Shown: positions 1 to 8,473, counted from the first letter of the stretch. The stretch is DNA of 10,763 bases from Paraspadella gotoi (GCA_051294375.1 JBJCIZ010001308.1:1-10763), one strand, 5' to 3'. Program-made: numbers and translations. Notes: a model not told the origin generated them from the letters alone.

Positions 1-59
1 CACGTTAATCTAAAACCGTCTGCTAATAAGACAGCCATCTCTCCAATATAGACTTAGTT

Positions 60-300
60 GACTGATCGAGGTCGTTTGGAAGGTGTCTTTTTGGATACAA
101 AAGACATCCGATAATAAAGGGGGAAACATCCTTACTATAAATTAATCTCACGTTTTGGATGTTTCTAGTAGAAACCGAGCACGGTGGCGAACTCGGGTAC
201 AAGCAACGGACGGACTCGAAGGCATCTCGATAAGATCGGCTGGTTGCGACAGTCCGGCAATTGGACACTTACCAACTTTTATCAAGGTAAACATTGTATT
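60..300 (-). pseudogene. Frameshifted coding remnant of unknown protein (ORF Y, left copy), homologous to 10530-10745 (+)
   Basis: Collinear codon-level anchors with the right end of the window: TAC CTT GAT (289-281) vs CAT CTT GAC (10543-10551); AGA AAC ATC (166-158) vs AGG AAT ATG (10656-10664); AGA TTA ATT (148-140) vs AGA CTA GTC (10668-10676); TCG GAT GTC (111-103) vs TCG GAC GTA (10704-10712); AAC GAC CTC (76-68) vs 10731-10739. Differences are mostly synonymous or conservative. Confidence 0.45.
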
Positions 301-379
301 CGATACCAATGTTAATTATGAAAGGAGGCATCACATTGAACTCAGCGTGAATATCAATAATCGGTTCGTGGCAAGGATA

Positions 380-417
380 GAATTAATATATTTAATAATT
401 ACTAATAATTAATTTTG
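380..417. repeat. AT-rich low-complexity tract
   Basis: gaattaatatatttaataattactaataattaattttg; almost only A/T. Confidence 0.7.
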
Positions 418-432
418 ATGCCTGGGACAAAG

Positions 433-504
433 GCTACAACCCTACACCGCTAACCCTAACCCTAACCAAACACGCCTAACCACTAACCTAACCCTAAACC
501 CCTA
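433..504 (+). repeat. Interstitial telomere-type (CCCTAA)n / (TTAGGG)n tract, degenerate
   Basis: ctaaccctaaccctaacc at 450-467 and cctaaccactaacctaaccctaaacccct at 475-503. Confidence 0.85.
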
Positions 505-1473
505 GTAGATAAGGCGGAAGGCATAAGCTCACTTTGAAACGCTATCCGAGCAAGGCGGCAGCCGCTTCGACGAGCAAGCTGGCGTTCCTGAGGGTGCGAG
601 AGAAGTCGTAGAGGAAACGGGAGACGCGCCAGCGGACCGTCATTAAACCAGGAAGTGGCCGTCTGAATTGGCCGACTCGTGGCGTCGCGTACAATCGAGT
701 GACCGAAGCTATACGGCAGAATTATGATTTGGAAATAGTCCTTTGACTTGTTCAGATGAAAAGCGTTTGTAACACCCAATTGGCTTGTTAGTATCCATAA
801 AATCATAGACCCTATGAATCAAACATAATCAAAGCATATAGATTCCATCTGCTTTTTGCCATCCAGGCAACTTGAGAATAGCTATGATGGAATTACAATA
901 ATGCAAGAAATTATTCGAATTAAGACAAATAACAATGAAATTACATGGAAGCTTAATAGGAAACGAATTTAGAGACACTAATAGGTTTTAGTATTAATAT
1001 TAGAGGTCGCAGTACGTCTCTAATGCCTTTCGTAAATGAACCACTTGGAAGCTGGATTGAATCAATAACAATCAAGTAATAGAATCACAGCCTGATAGAA
1101 ATCAAACATCGACATCAATGATTGTTCAATGTTTTATCGCTAAAAAAAGATAAACGGAACTTTTATAGTCAGCGAATCGCAACGATTTTAATATATGAAC
1201 CAGCAGAGATCTTTATCGAGTAAAACTTGACTAACTACTGAGGGTGGCAGACGGCCTGGATCTAAGAGTCGGCCTGTGAATATACATGGTCCGCTCGAGT
1301 TCGAGACCAGAGTCGTCGCCCTTTTATATTTGTTTAATTACATTTACATTAACCCGAATTACGGAATATGTAGAAGATATTTTCGAAGTGAAATATATCA
1401 ATCGGTTCGGCCGATAAAGGTGATTAATAATATTCGTGGAAATACTTCTATCCATAAGGTTCAAAATGCCGCA
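505..1473 (+). repeat. Left arm of a ~1-kb long-range inverted repeat (partner 8782-9905)
   Basis: Collinear reverse-complement anchors: gtagat 505-510 / 9900-9905; tccatctgct 844-853 / 9458-9467; ggaattacaa 889-898 / 9406-9415; aagctggat 1049-1057 / 9206-9214; aaatcaaac 1099-1107 / 9163-9171. Similarity continues to about 1473 / 8782, with many indels. Confidence 0.9.
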
Positions 1474-1554
1474 ACTATCGCCCGAGACGAATACAACACT
1501 GTTTTGCGGATCACGGAAGCGCGCTCTAATAAGGTAAGGAATAGTGGTTTGTAG
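820..1554 (+). pseudogene. Probable frameshifted coding remnant of unknown protein (ORF X) inside the inverted-repeat unit
   Basis: Protein-like segments in shifting frames: NIIKAYRFHLLFA, DGITIMQEIIRIKTNNNEITWKLN, EPLGSWIESITIK, ETRVVALLYLFN, EYVEDIFEVKYINRF, ending with ORF 1276-1554. Some differences from the partner copy are conservative in this sense (QEII vs REVI; ACA ATC AAG vs ACA ATT AAG). No family recognised. Confidence 0.35.
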
Positions 1555-2349
1555 CCTAACTTACATAACATATTTTAACTAATATGTAATTTTATACATA
1601 TCAAATCGCGTGTAAAGTACAGAAGTAATAAGAAGATTGACTATGGTTTGTAAACTCATCTCTAAGTCGACCGAATGGGCGAATCGACAGCCGCTGTAGC
1701 TTGCGCCTTAGATGTCGTAGTTTAAAACACTTTTTTGTAGCGTAAAAAGTTTCGATGGTTGAGGCGGGAGAAAAATCGCTTCGAACTCGGTGGCGTGTGG
1801 TCCTCCGAGGCGCCTTGCATTCGTTAATTTGCCCGGCGGTTGACGCTGGGCGTTTGGCGAGGACGGAGGTGCGCCAAAGGGAGAGACGCCAGGTCGTGAT
1901 CGGCTATGAGAAAATTTTACTTGGCATTCGCGTAGAAGCGTTGTCGGAGTCGGATGGTGTCGGCTGTTTCGATGGCGGCGCCGACAGAGGCGTTCGCGGC
2001 TAAGTGGAGTGGCGTCCTCCAGCGAGCGACGCCGGAGTTTGAGTGGGTTTGACGCTGCGTTTGGATGCGATTTCAGCGCCATGGATGATCGTACTAACAG
2101 ATCGTCGTGTCTCATGCTCGTGCTCCTCATGCTGTCGTGGCGTCTTGTTCTTCATGTTTGCCATCGTGTTGTTAGTTTGTTTTTTGAATATGCTGAGTTT
2201 TCGAACGCAGTTTGGTCGGTGTTGTTGAGGCAGGAATGAGGGTTCGTGCGGCCCGGGCAGTCGGCCGTGGGGGATGGAGGGAGGAGGGGGCGGAGATGGC
2301 CTGTGAAGAGCTCGCTCACTATCTCCAAGTCGTTCGTCGGCTCCATGAG

Positions 2350-3700
2350 TGTCGCTGGCAATTGATACGCTGGCGATAGCGACAGTAGCTGCGACGATGG
2401 TTGGTGGTCGCCTGCGGCGCTGTGGATGATTATTCCCTACCTTAAATAATTGAGATTTGGTCTCTCGGAGAAATATCACATCGATAATGGGGGCCCATGT
2501 ATACGGCGCCGTGAGGAGGGTGATATGTCGCCGGCGGATCGTGTTGAATAGAAACCGTCGTAGTAGCGCTCTGCTAAGAAGTCTTCTGGTAAGGTAAACT
2601 AAGGCCGCAGGCGCTCGAGATGCGTCGCACGTTTCGTGGAGCCTGAACGGCGTTTCACCTCACCTCGTAAATTCATTGGCCGCGAAGTCGGCGGCCGTTG
2701 ACTCCACCTCGGAAGCTGCTGCGTACGTAACGCAGTGGAGGAGGAACCCGTCCTCCTCGGAGACCAGTCGAGGACGCTCTCGCGCGTATAAGTCGGCGGG
2801 GGACGCTCCGATGATCTGGCTTACATTGATAGTACTTGTAGTTCGAATTGCCAATAGCGCTGAGGGTAGCCTCCAGTACCACTGGTGAGGCTCGTTGTCG
2901 CCGAGCGCTATCAACGCCTCCTTTAGGCGCCGGTGAAAGCGTTCGACTAATCCGTTTGATTGCGGATGGTACGCTGCCGTTTGCTGATGATTAATTCCCC
3001 ACGTTTGGGTCAACTGCGTCCAAATGGCGGTCGAAAATTGGGCGCCGCGGTCCGTGGTGATTATTGATGGAATGCCATGTTGAGCAATCCAACCATGCGC
3101 GATCGCGTCAACGACTGACATGCGTCGCAATGTTCGCAATGGGGGATGGCCGCGGAGCCAGCGAATGAGTAACTTATCTGTCTGACAATCGGTGGCCGAA
3201 GAATAGCGAGCTGAACCCGTTCGAGGTATCGGCATGGAGGAGTTATGCTCGACGTTAAGGGATGAACGAAGCGTTTTTGTCCAGGTGATCGTTCGAATCT
3301 TCCGAATATTGTGGTCAACCCGTTATGTGGCGCTGTAACTGGGGCGCACATATAGACATTGTCAAAGACACTCTCGCGTACATCCCAACGAGCATCACAT
3401 TATAAGCTATTAATCTCTTTTCTCTGCGGTCTCTCTTGTTCTCTCTTGCAACAAGCAAGAGTTATACATATCTATTGAGGTCATTTTACCTCTCGTAACC
3501 GCTATTGTCGGCTTTAAGTGAGGGCCAAACGAACTTGGGCTAGCAATTGTTTCTCGGTTCGAACGCACGCCAGGATGTCCGAGGGCCATGGACGGCGTCA
3601 AAAATTCTTTTTGCGCCATGATTCTGGCACGATATCAATGGATCGACCGGCGGCCGTTTGAAACGTCGACGACTCAGTTTTTTGATCGCCGATGGTGATC
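2350..3700 (-). pseudogene. pol: Integrase (HHCC zinc finger, DDE core, GPY/F module), multiply frameshifted
   Basis: FDAVHG.GHPGV near 3605-3565. Core ORF 2660-3235 has HGWIAQHGIPSIITTDRGAQF, TAAYHPQSNGLVERFHRRLKEAL, WYWRLPSALLAIRTT and GASPADL. VYLPED and LTAPY..GP are recoverable across shifts near 2600-2485. Confidence 0.9.
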
Positions 3701-3894
3701 TTTCGAAATATGTAGGCCCGTCCTGGCGTCTGTGAGAGCTGCTGAAAATCCGCGCGGTCCAACGCTTGTGGCGCGCGCCATTTCTCTTCGAGGTCGACGC
3801 CTCTCCGGCCTGATCGCGTTGATGTTGCTAGGAGATCCTTCTGACTTCTCGCCGAAGTGGGCGCGATCGACTGGCGGAGATTGGCGGTTGATTT

Positions 3895-4540
3895 GCCGTT
3901 TGACAACGCGGGTACGGCGTACCACGTTGGCCTGCCTGCGGGAATGGCGTGTCCGTGGAATTTGAAATCACCGATAGCTGAAAATTGCTGTCGCGTCAGT
4001 ACTGCCCGTGTCCGCGCGCTTATGAGGGGCATGTGTTTTATGAGCCGACTGTAGATGGATCTTTTAGAAGTGAATGTCCTTGGCCCTCGCGCCAGTGGCG
4101 AAAATCGAGCACGAACTATGCTCGAACAGCGCGCATACTACTCTCTAACTACGAAACTGGTGGCCACCGTCGCATTGACGCGTCGATCGAGGTTTGGCGG
4201 AACAGCTGACGCGCAGATGCGGGTCTTCCACCCATGCTGGGCGCCCTGCTAGCAGAGCGCACTGCGCTAGTCTGCAAATAGTCCGATGGGCGAATCGGGT
4301 CGTTGAGAGCCATATTGCAGGCGTTTGTCCGCGACGATGTTTTCGCGAGCGAGTGCCGGCGTTTAGCCAGCGCCTTCTTATGGCGTTCGAAGATATCGGG
4401 TTACATTTTTCCGGTACAGTAACTGCTTTTAGGTTTACTCGGGAAGTAGTCAATCAGTTAAACGGCCGCGGCCTAGTGAGTGAGCGGCGTAGAGTAAATA
4501 TTTCATTGATCATATTTATTTACCTAAAAAATAAATTCTT
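3895..4540 (-). pseudogene. pol: RT connection and RNase H domain, heavily frameshifted
   Basis: Located between RT and IN. Fragments recoverable across indels: FLG..MIN..RR (4535-4485), FRHW.EG (near 4105-4080), RQ..SAI..F (4000-3960), ANVV..ALS (3935-3900). Confidence 0.7.
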
Positions 4541-4582
4541 TGGGCGTCTCAATTAATTAGTTTCGTATAGTCGTTTATAAAT

Positions 4583-5872
4583 TTACTCATACGAGCATAA
4601 TTTCGTTTTTGTGGTGAAGTTCTTTGGACCAGATTGTAGCTGGAATTGGGTGGCGCGAATCGCCTCCGACTTTTCTGCCGGGAGAGGTTTTACTCCTGAG
4701 GCGTCTACCAAGTAGCCCAAGAACTCGAGTGAAGATTGGCCCAAAACGCATTTCTTCCGGTTTATTACTAAACCGTTGTCGGCGAGAGAGTCGAAGACCG
4801 CTTTGAGGTCGCTGAGGTGCTCGCTTTGATCGGCGCTGGCGACGAGGATGTCGTCCAGATAGACGTACGTGTGAGGAACATCTCCCAAGATCTCATCCAT
4901 CATTCTCTGAAAGTCTTGGCCTGCGTTTTTTAGGCCGAAGGGTGTACGCAGGAAGACGAAGAGACCAAATGGCGTGATCACCGCCGTTTTGGGGATGTCC
5001 TCTTCTGCTACGGGGATTTGATGGTACCCCTTTAGCAGATCTATTTTGGAAAAGACTTTTTTCCCCGCGAGTTCCGCGTTGAAGTCTGCCAATAGTTTGA
5101 CCGGGTACTTGTCGTCTTTTGTATTCGCGTTTAGGCGGCGGAAGTCCCCGCAGCATCTCCAGCCGCCGTCCGCCTTGGGGACGCAGAGCAGTGGAGATGA
5201 CCACGAGCTTTTAGCCCGTTTGGCGACGCCTAACGCAACGAGTTTCTCGAGTTCTGCTTTGGCGACGGCAAGCTTCTCTGGAGGAAGTCGGCGGGCTCTT
5301 GCTTGGCAAGGCCTGCCGAACGTCGGGATGTGATGCCTCACTCCATGCTTCGGCGCCTTTATCTCGAATGTCGGCGTTGCTAGTGTTGGGTATTGATCGA
5401 GGAGTTCATAATATACATTGTTTGTTTCCTCCACGAGGTTCACGTGAGAAGGAGGAGTCACCTCGGAGACGTCGCACGAGATCGTCGAGAGATCTCTGAG
5501 ATCGAGAAGGGTCCCGTCTCTGTGATTGGGGGCCAGGTAAAATTCAGCAAGGAAGTCGGCTCCCAATATACTTTGCGTGACGTCGGCCGCGATAAAGTCA
5601 AAGGAGAAGACCCTCGTTCCGAGCACTACTCGACGGTGGACGACGCCATATGATTTGATGGGCGTGCCGTTGGCCGCTTGAAGTCTGGGCCCGACTGGTC
5701 CTGCTACTCGTTGGGCCGCCGTGGGCGGGACTAGAGAGACTAAGGCGCCGCCGTCGACAAGCCACTTGCGGCCGTCGGTGGCGTCCTTGACGTGCAGGAG
5801 ATAGTTGTCGGGTGAATTGTTGTTAACGCGAGGCACAGCGTTCACCGGCGCTGGCCCGCGGCGTCGTTTCCC
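4583..5872 (-). CDS. pol: Pol polyprotein: aspartic protease + reverse transcriptase (frame entered from gag by -1 frameshift; homology lost near 4660)
   Basis: ORF 4583-5968 contains WLVDGGALVSLVP and ILGADFL (protease), then SSWSSPLLCVPKADGGWRCCGDFRRLN, FSKIDLLKGYHQIPV, KTAVITPFGLF, PFGLKNAGQDFQRMMD, YLDD (4850-4861) and LEFLGY (RT). Confidence 0.95.
   Translation of the reverse strand, partial: GKRRRGPAPVNAVPRVNNNSPDNYLLHVKDATDGRKWLVDGGALVSLVPPTAAQRVAGPVGPRLQAANGTPIKSYGVVHRRVVLGTRVFSFDFIAADVTQSILGADFLAEFYLAPNHRDGTLLDLRDLSTISCDVSEVTPPSHVNLVEETNNVYYELLDQYPTLATPTFEIKAPKHGVRHHIPTFGRPCQARARRLPPEKLAVAKAELEKLVALGVAKRAKSSWSSPLLCVPKADGGWRCCGDFRRLNANTKDDKYPVKLLADFNAELAGKKVFSKIDLLKGYHQIPVAEEDIPKTAVITPFGLFVFLRTPFGLKNAGQDFQRMMDEILGDVPHTYVYLDDILVASADQSEHLSDLKAVFDSLADNGLVINRKKCVLGQSSLEFLGYLVDASGVKPLPAEKSEAIRATQFQLQSGPKNFTTKTKLCSYE
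5811..5872 (-). promoter_or_regulatory. Programmed -1 ribosomal frameshift signal: slippery heptamer G GGA AAC + predicted H-type pseudoknot
   Basis: Heptamer at 5872-5866 is in the correct X XXY YYZ phase of gag (ccG GGA AAC = P G N), and the -1 frame is pol (GKRRRGPAPVNAV). A 6-nt spacer is followed by stem 1 GCGGGCCAGCG / CGCUGUGCCUCGC and stem 2 GGUGAA / UUCACC. Confidence 0.85.
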
Positions 5873-6303
5873 GGTGCTGCTCCTTTGCGTTCGCGTCGTT
5901 CGCCCTTCCTCGCGCATCCGGGCTCGCAGCGAAAAGCGGCGTCGCCGAATTTTAAGTGCCATCGGCAAATTTGTTTCAGTCGCGCGCCTGTAGGTCGAGG
6001 GCCGGACGGCGGGGCGCTTGGTGCGCTACTGCGCCAGTTGGCCGCTTGAGGGCGTCGTTTGTCGCGGCGCTGGTTTTGTATGGCGTTTACGCCGGCGTCA
6101 TCTTCATCATCTGAGTCGCTAGCGGTGGCGTCGACGTTTTTGTCAAGCGTGGCGGCGCTGATTGTTGACGAAGGCGCTGAGAGGGTCGGTCGGCCTTCTG
6201 CATCGAAAAATTTGTCAGCGGCTTCCGCCAACTCCGTCGCCGTCCACTCGTCGGCCTTGTCCTCCAAGGATCGACGAATCTCAATGGGGAGGCCTCTAAT
6301 CAC
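5842..6303 (-). CDS. gag: Gag C-terminal half with CHCC nucleocapsid zinc knuckle (N-terminus missing or degraded)
   Basis: LPIEIRRSL...LAEAADKF, an acidic/basic linker, then CRWHLKFGDAAFRCEPGC = C-X2-H-X9-C-X3-C, the gag motif characteristic of CsRn1-lineage gypsy elements. Overlaps pol in another frame. Confidence 0.87.
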   Translation of the reverse strand: MIRGLPIEIRRSLEDKADEWTATELAEAADKFFDAEGRPTLSAPSSTISAATLDKNVDATASDSDDEDDAGVNAIQNQRRDKRRPQAANWRSSAPSAPPSGPRPTGARLKQICRWHLKFGDAAFRCEPGCARKGERRERKGAAPGNDAAGQRR

Positions 6304-6402
6304 CGTCTCCTTCTTGACGTCATCAATAGTTACTGACTTGATTTTCTCTTCAAGCCGTTATTGGAGCTTTTTGCGTAAGATGGGAACGGATGAGGACGGA
6401 TT

Positions 6403-6485
6403 GATTAGAACTAATTAATTTAATATTGATTAATTTTATTTACTAATTGATTAAATTAACTGATTAATTATTTTGATTTATTAAT
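6403..6485. repeat. AT-rich low-complexity tract (TAAT/ATTA-rich)
   Basis: actaattaatttaatattgattaattttatttactaattgattaaattaactgattaattatt; marks the upstream limit of the gypsy sequence. Confidence 0.7.
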
Positions 6486-6540
6486 ACATCCTGAGCAGAA
6501 TACATTTAATATAAAAGGAAAAAGAAGCATAATCAATTAG

Positions 6541-6900
6541 TCAAAACAGAGGCTTTTTTGTTTTTTTTCCATTTAAACTCTTTCCACTCAACTAGTTCCA
6601 CCAATCGAAACTTGATTTCCTGTTCAATCCACACACTTTCTACTCCCCCACCAATACAAAATTCGCAAGGCAATCAGCCGCATCCACTCATGAGGCAATT
6701 GGTGTTCAAAATAGTGAAATATTTTTTTTGTTTTTTCCAATTTAAACTACATTTCCACTATCGTTGACAGAATCCATCGGAAACTTAGATATCTGCCAGC
6801 TCAACTACCAACCCACCAACTTACCTTAACTCCTACACAATCTTAGTCAAAATTTCATTTAAAATACGCACTCCATCCAATCACCGAGTTATTCGGTGTT
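6541..6900 (+). repeat. Two diverged tandem units of ~170 bp
   Basis: tttttgttttttttccatttaaactctttccact (~6555) vs tttttgttttttccaatttaaactacatttccact (~6725); atcgaaacttgat vs atcggaaacttagat; caaaatt...catcca...gag...att.ggtgtt in both. Confidence 0.75.
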
Positions 6901-6916
6901 TGTCTTGCCTAAGGTG

Positions 6917-7011
6917 GGACGGACGGACGGAACGGAACGAACCGGACGGACGGAGGAGAGGAGGGACGGAGGACGGCGAAGCAGTGAAAGACAGAGGAAC
7001 GGACGCCGGAC
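6917..7011 (+). repeat. Degenerate (GGAC)n microsatellite
   Basis: ggacggacggacggaacggaacgaaccggacggacggagg...gggacggaggacgg...gaacggacg. Confidence 0.85.
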
Positions 7012-8473
7012 CATGATGTTTGATTTTGGCATAATTTAATTGCAATCAATGTCGATGTTCTGACATGACTCATGAGAGTGTGCCCCGAGAATTCAATTAA
7101 TGCATATGGAGTTGGAGAGATTTGCCAGGAAGACGTCGATACGGGACAGCCAGGATTCACGAAAGTGAGTTAGTATAAAATGAAGTCGAGTTTTTCAATC
7201 GGCTCGGAGATCCCTGCTGATAAGCAGATCCGAACCTAAAACACGATTTTTATTCAATTTATAAGAATAAGAATACCTAAGATTCCAAATTTGATTCATA
7301 AGCAACTTATTGAGTACATTCAATTTTGTTTTAAAGCGAGCCTTAAGGATCAACTCAGTTCGTTTTGGAAACCTTGTAAGTGTGTTGCCCGCCTTTCTCA
7401 CCTAGAACGTTTTATCTGATGAAAGTATATTATTTGTCTTCTTTGCAGCAAGTAGGCCACGATAAATAGGTTGTGTTGATTCTAGAAAATGGAAACAAAC
7501 CGAAAACTCAAGCGGTTTGCTATGCCGTCGGTAACGTGACTATCTTTTGAGTGGAATGAGTTCTTCTAACATGGCTTAGCAAGAACATACAAATAGGTTT
7601 TCGATGAAATATTTAGATGAAAATCTCAAGGCGACGAATTTCGTGAATGGAAACGTCACGGCATGTGTTGTTACAGACAAATTTAATCAAAATAAGTTTT
7701 ATTTAACTGTCAATATGAGAAGAGTCTGGCGCCTGCTTTAAAGTCCACTGTGCCACTTATCCGGGCCGCACCGCTTGAGATATTGCTCAGATCCTTCGGC
7801 ATTATGTTTTGTTACATCAACTTCAATTTTGTTTGTATGCTTTATTCAACGTCTATGCGCTGCAGTCCTGTTAGAATGAAACAGAGAATGGCGTTATAGT
7901 TTATTACCCTTTTGTTGAGGGGTTTACTGCCAGTAGAGCACCCACTGATGTTTTACCACGTCTTTGTTTTGCCCTTTTGATATCCTATTTTCGTTCTCCT
8001 ACACCTTATCAAATCGTTTCTAATTCCATCATTAACTGTCATAGTACAATTTCTAATTATTGGAGAACGAGATTTTCGCAAATACTAACGTATCACATTT
8101 CTATCATTCAATGATGAAAGTTCGTCTCTATGTGGAGTCTGCAATTCGAATCACACTTCTTTTTTCTCATCAGAGGACCTTAATCTCAATACTTATCTTG
8201 CACAACATTCATTAGAGCGTTACTCTTAAGCATACGATGACTCATCTCGAGTGCCTCGCCAGCTCCGCCACCCCGTCTTATCTCACCATTGTCAATCACA
8301 ATCGGGACGCGCAACAATCAAAATTTATATCCGAAAAGACGCGCTGGTACCGTAGGGCCACGTCAAAAGTAGGATTTAGATGTTCCACGCTGACGCTCTT
8401 AAGAAGTGTCCTATACGGTTCTCGTAGTCACTGTTGGCAGTCACTACTCAAATGTTAACTACTGCCACACACC

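Larger units (their letters stand above)
1700..6400 (-). mobile_element. Ty3/Gypsy LTR retrotransposon internal region (CsRn1-like lineage), 5'-truncated, LTRs not seen
   Basis: Domain order gag-PR-RT-RNaseH-IN on the minus strand is the Ty3/Gypsy order. CHCC gag motif and GPY/F module after the integrase core. Clearly more GC-rich than the flanks. Boundaries are approximate. Confidence 0.93.
6481..7178 (+). mobile_element. Putative non-autonomous Helentron (HINE / DINE-1-like) element
   Basis: Modular layout: central ~170-bp tandem units, GGAC microsatellite, unique 3' block, and terminal hairpin attcac-gaaa-gtgagt (7155-7170) followed by tagtataa. A weak subterminal inverted match is atcctg 6488-6493 / caggat 7151-7156. 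The call rests on structure only. Confidence 0.55.

Noticed and set aside
70-290. Plus-strand fragments (SFWIQKT, IGW...TNFY) resembling a DIRS tyrosine recombinase C-terminus
   Set aside because: No HxxR motif, and synonymous conservation with 10530-10745 supports the minus strand as coding.
1671-1686. ccgaatgggcgaatcg similar to ccgatgggcgaatcg at ~4283-4297
   Set aside because: An isolated 15-bp match without flanking similarity; probably chance.
5873-5968. ORF-track N-terminus of pol (MPMALKIRRRR...)
   Set aside because: It lies upstream of the slippery site and overlaps the gag zinc knuckle in another frame; pol is better explained as frameshift-accessed.
1755-6418. Numerous short plus-strand and alternate-frame ORFs over the retrotransposon
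   Set aside because: These are shadow ORFs expected from GC-rich coding sequence on the opposite strand; they have no motifs.
6541-7011. CRISPR array or RNA gene
   Set aside because: The repeats are long degenerate tandem units and a microsatellite with no repeat-spacer pattern; no tRNA or rRNA features were seen, and the context is eukaryotic.
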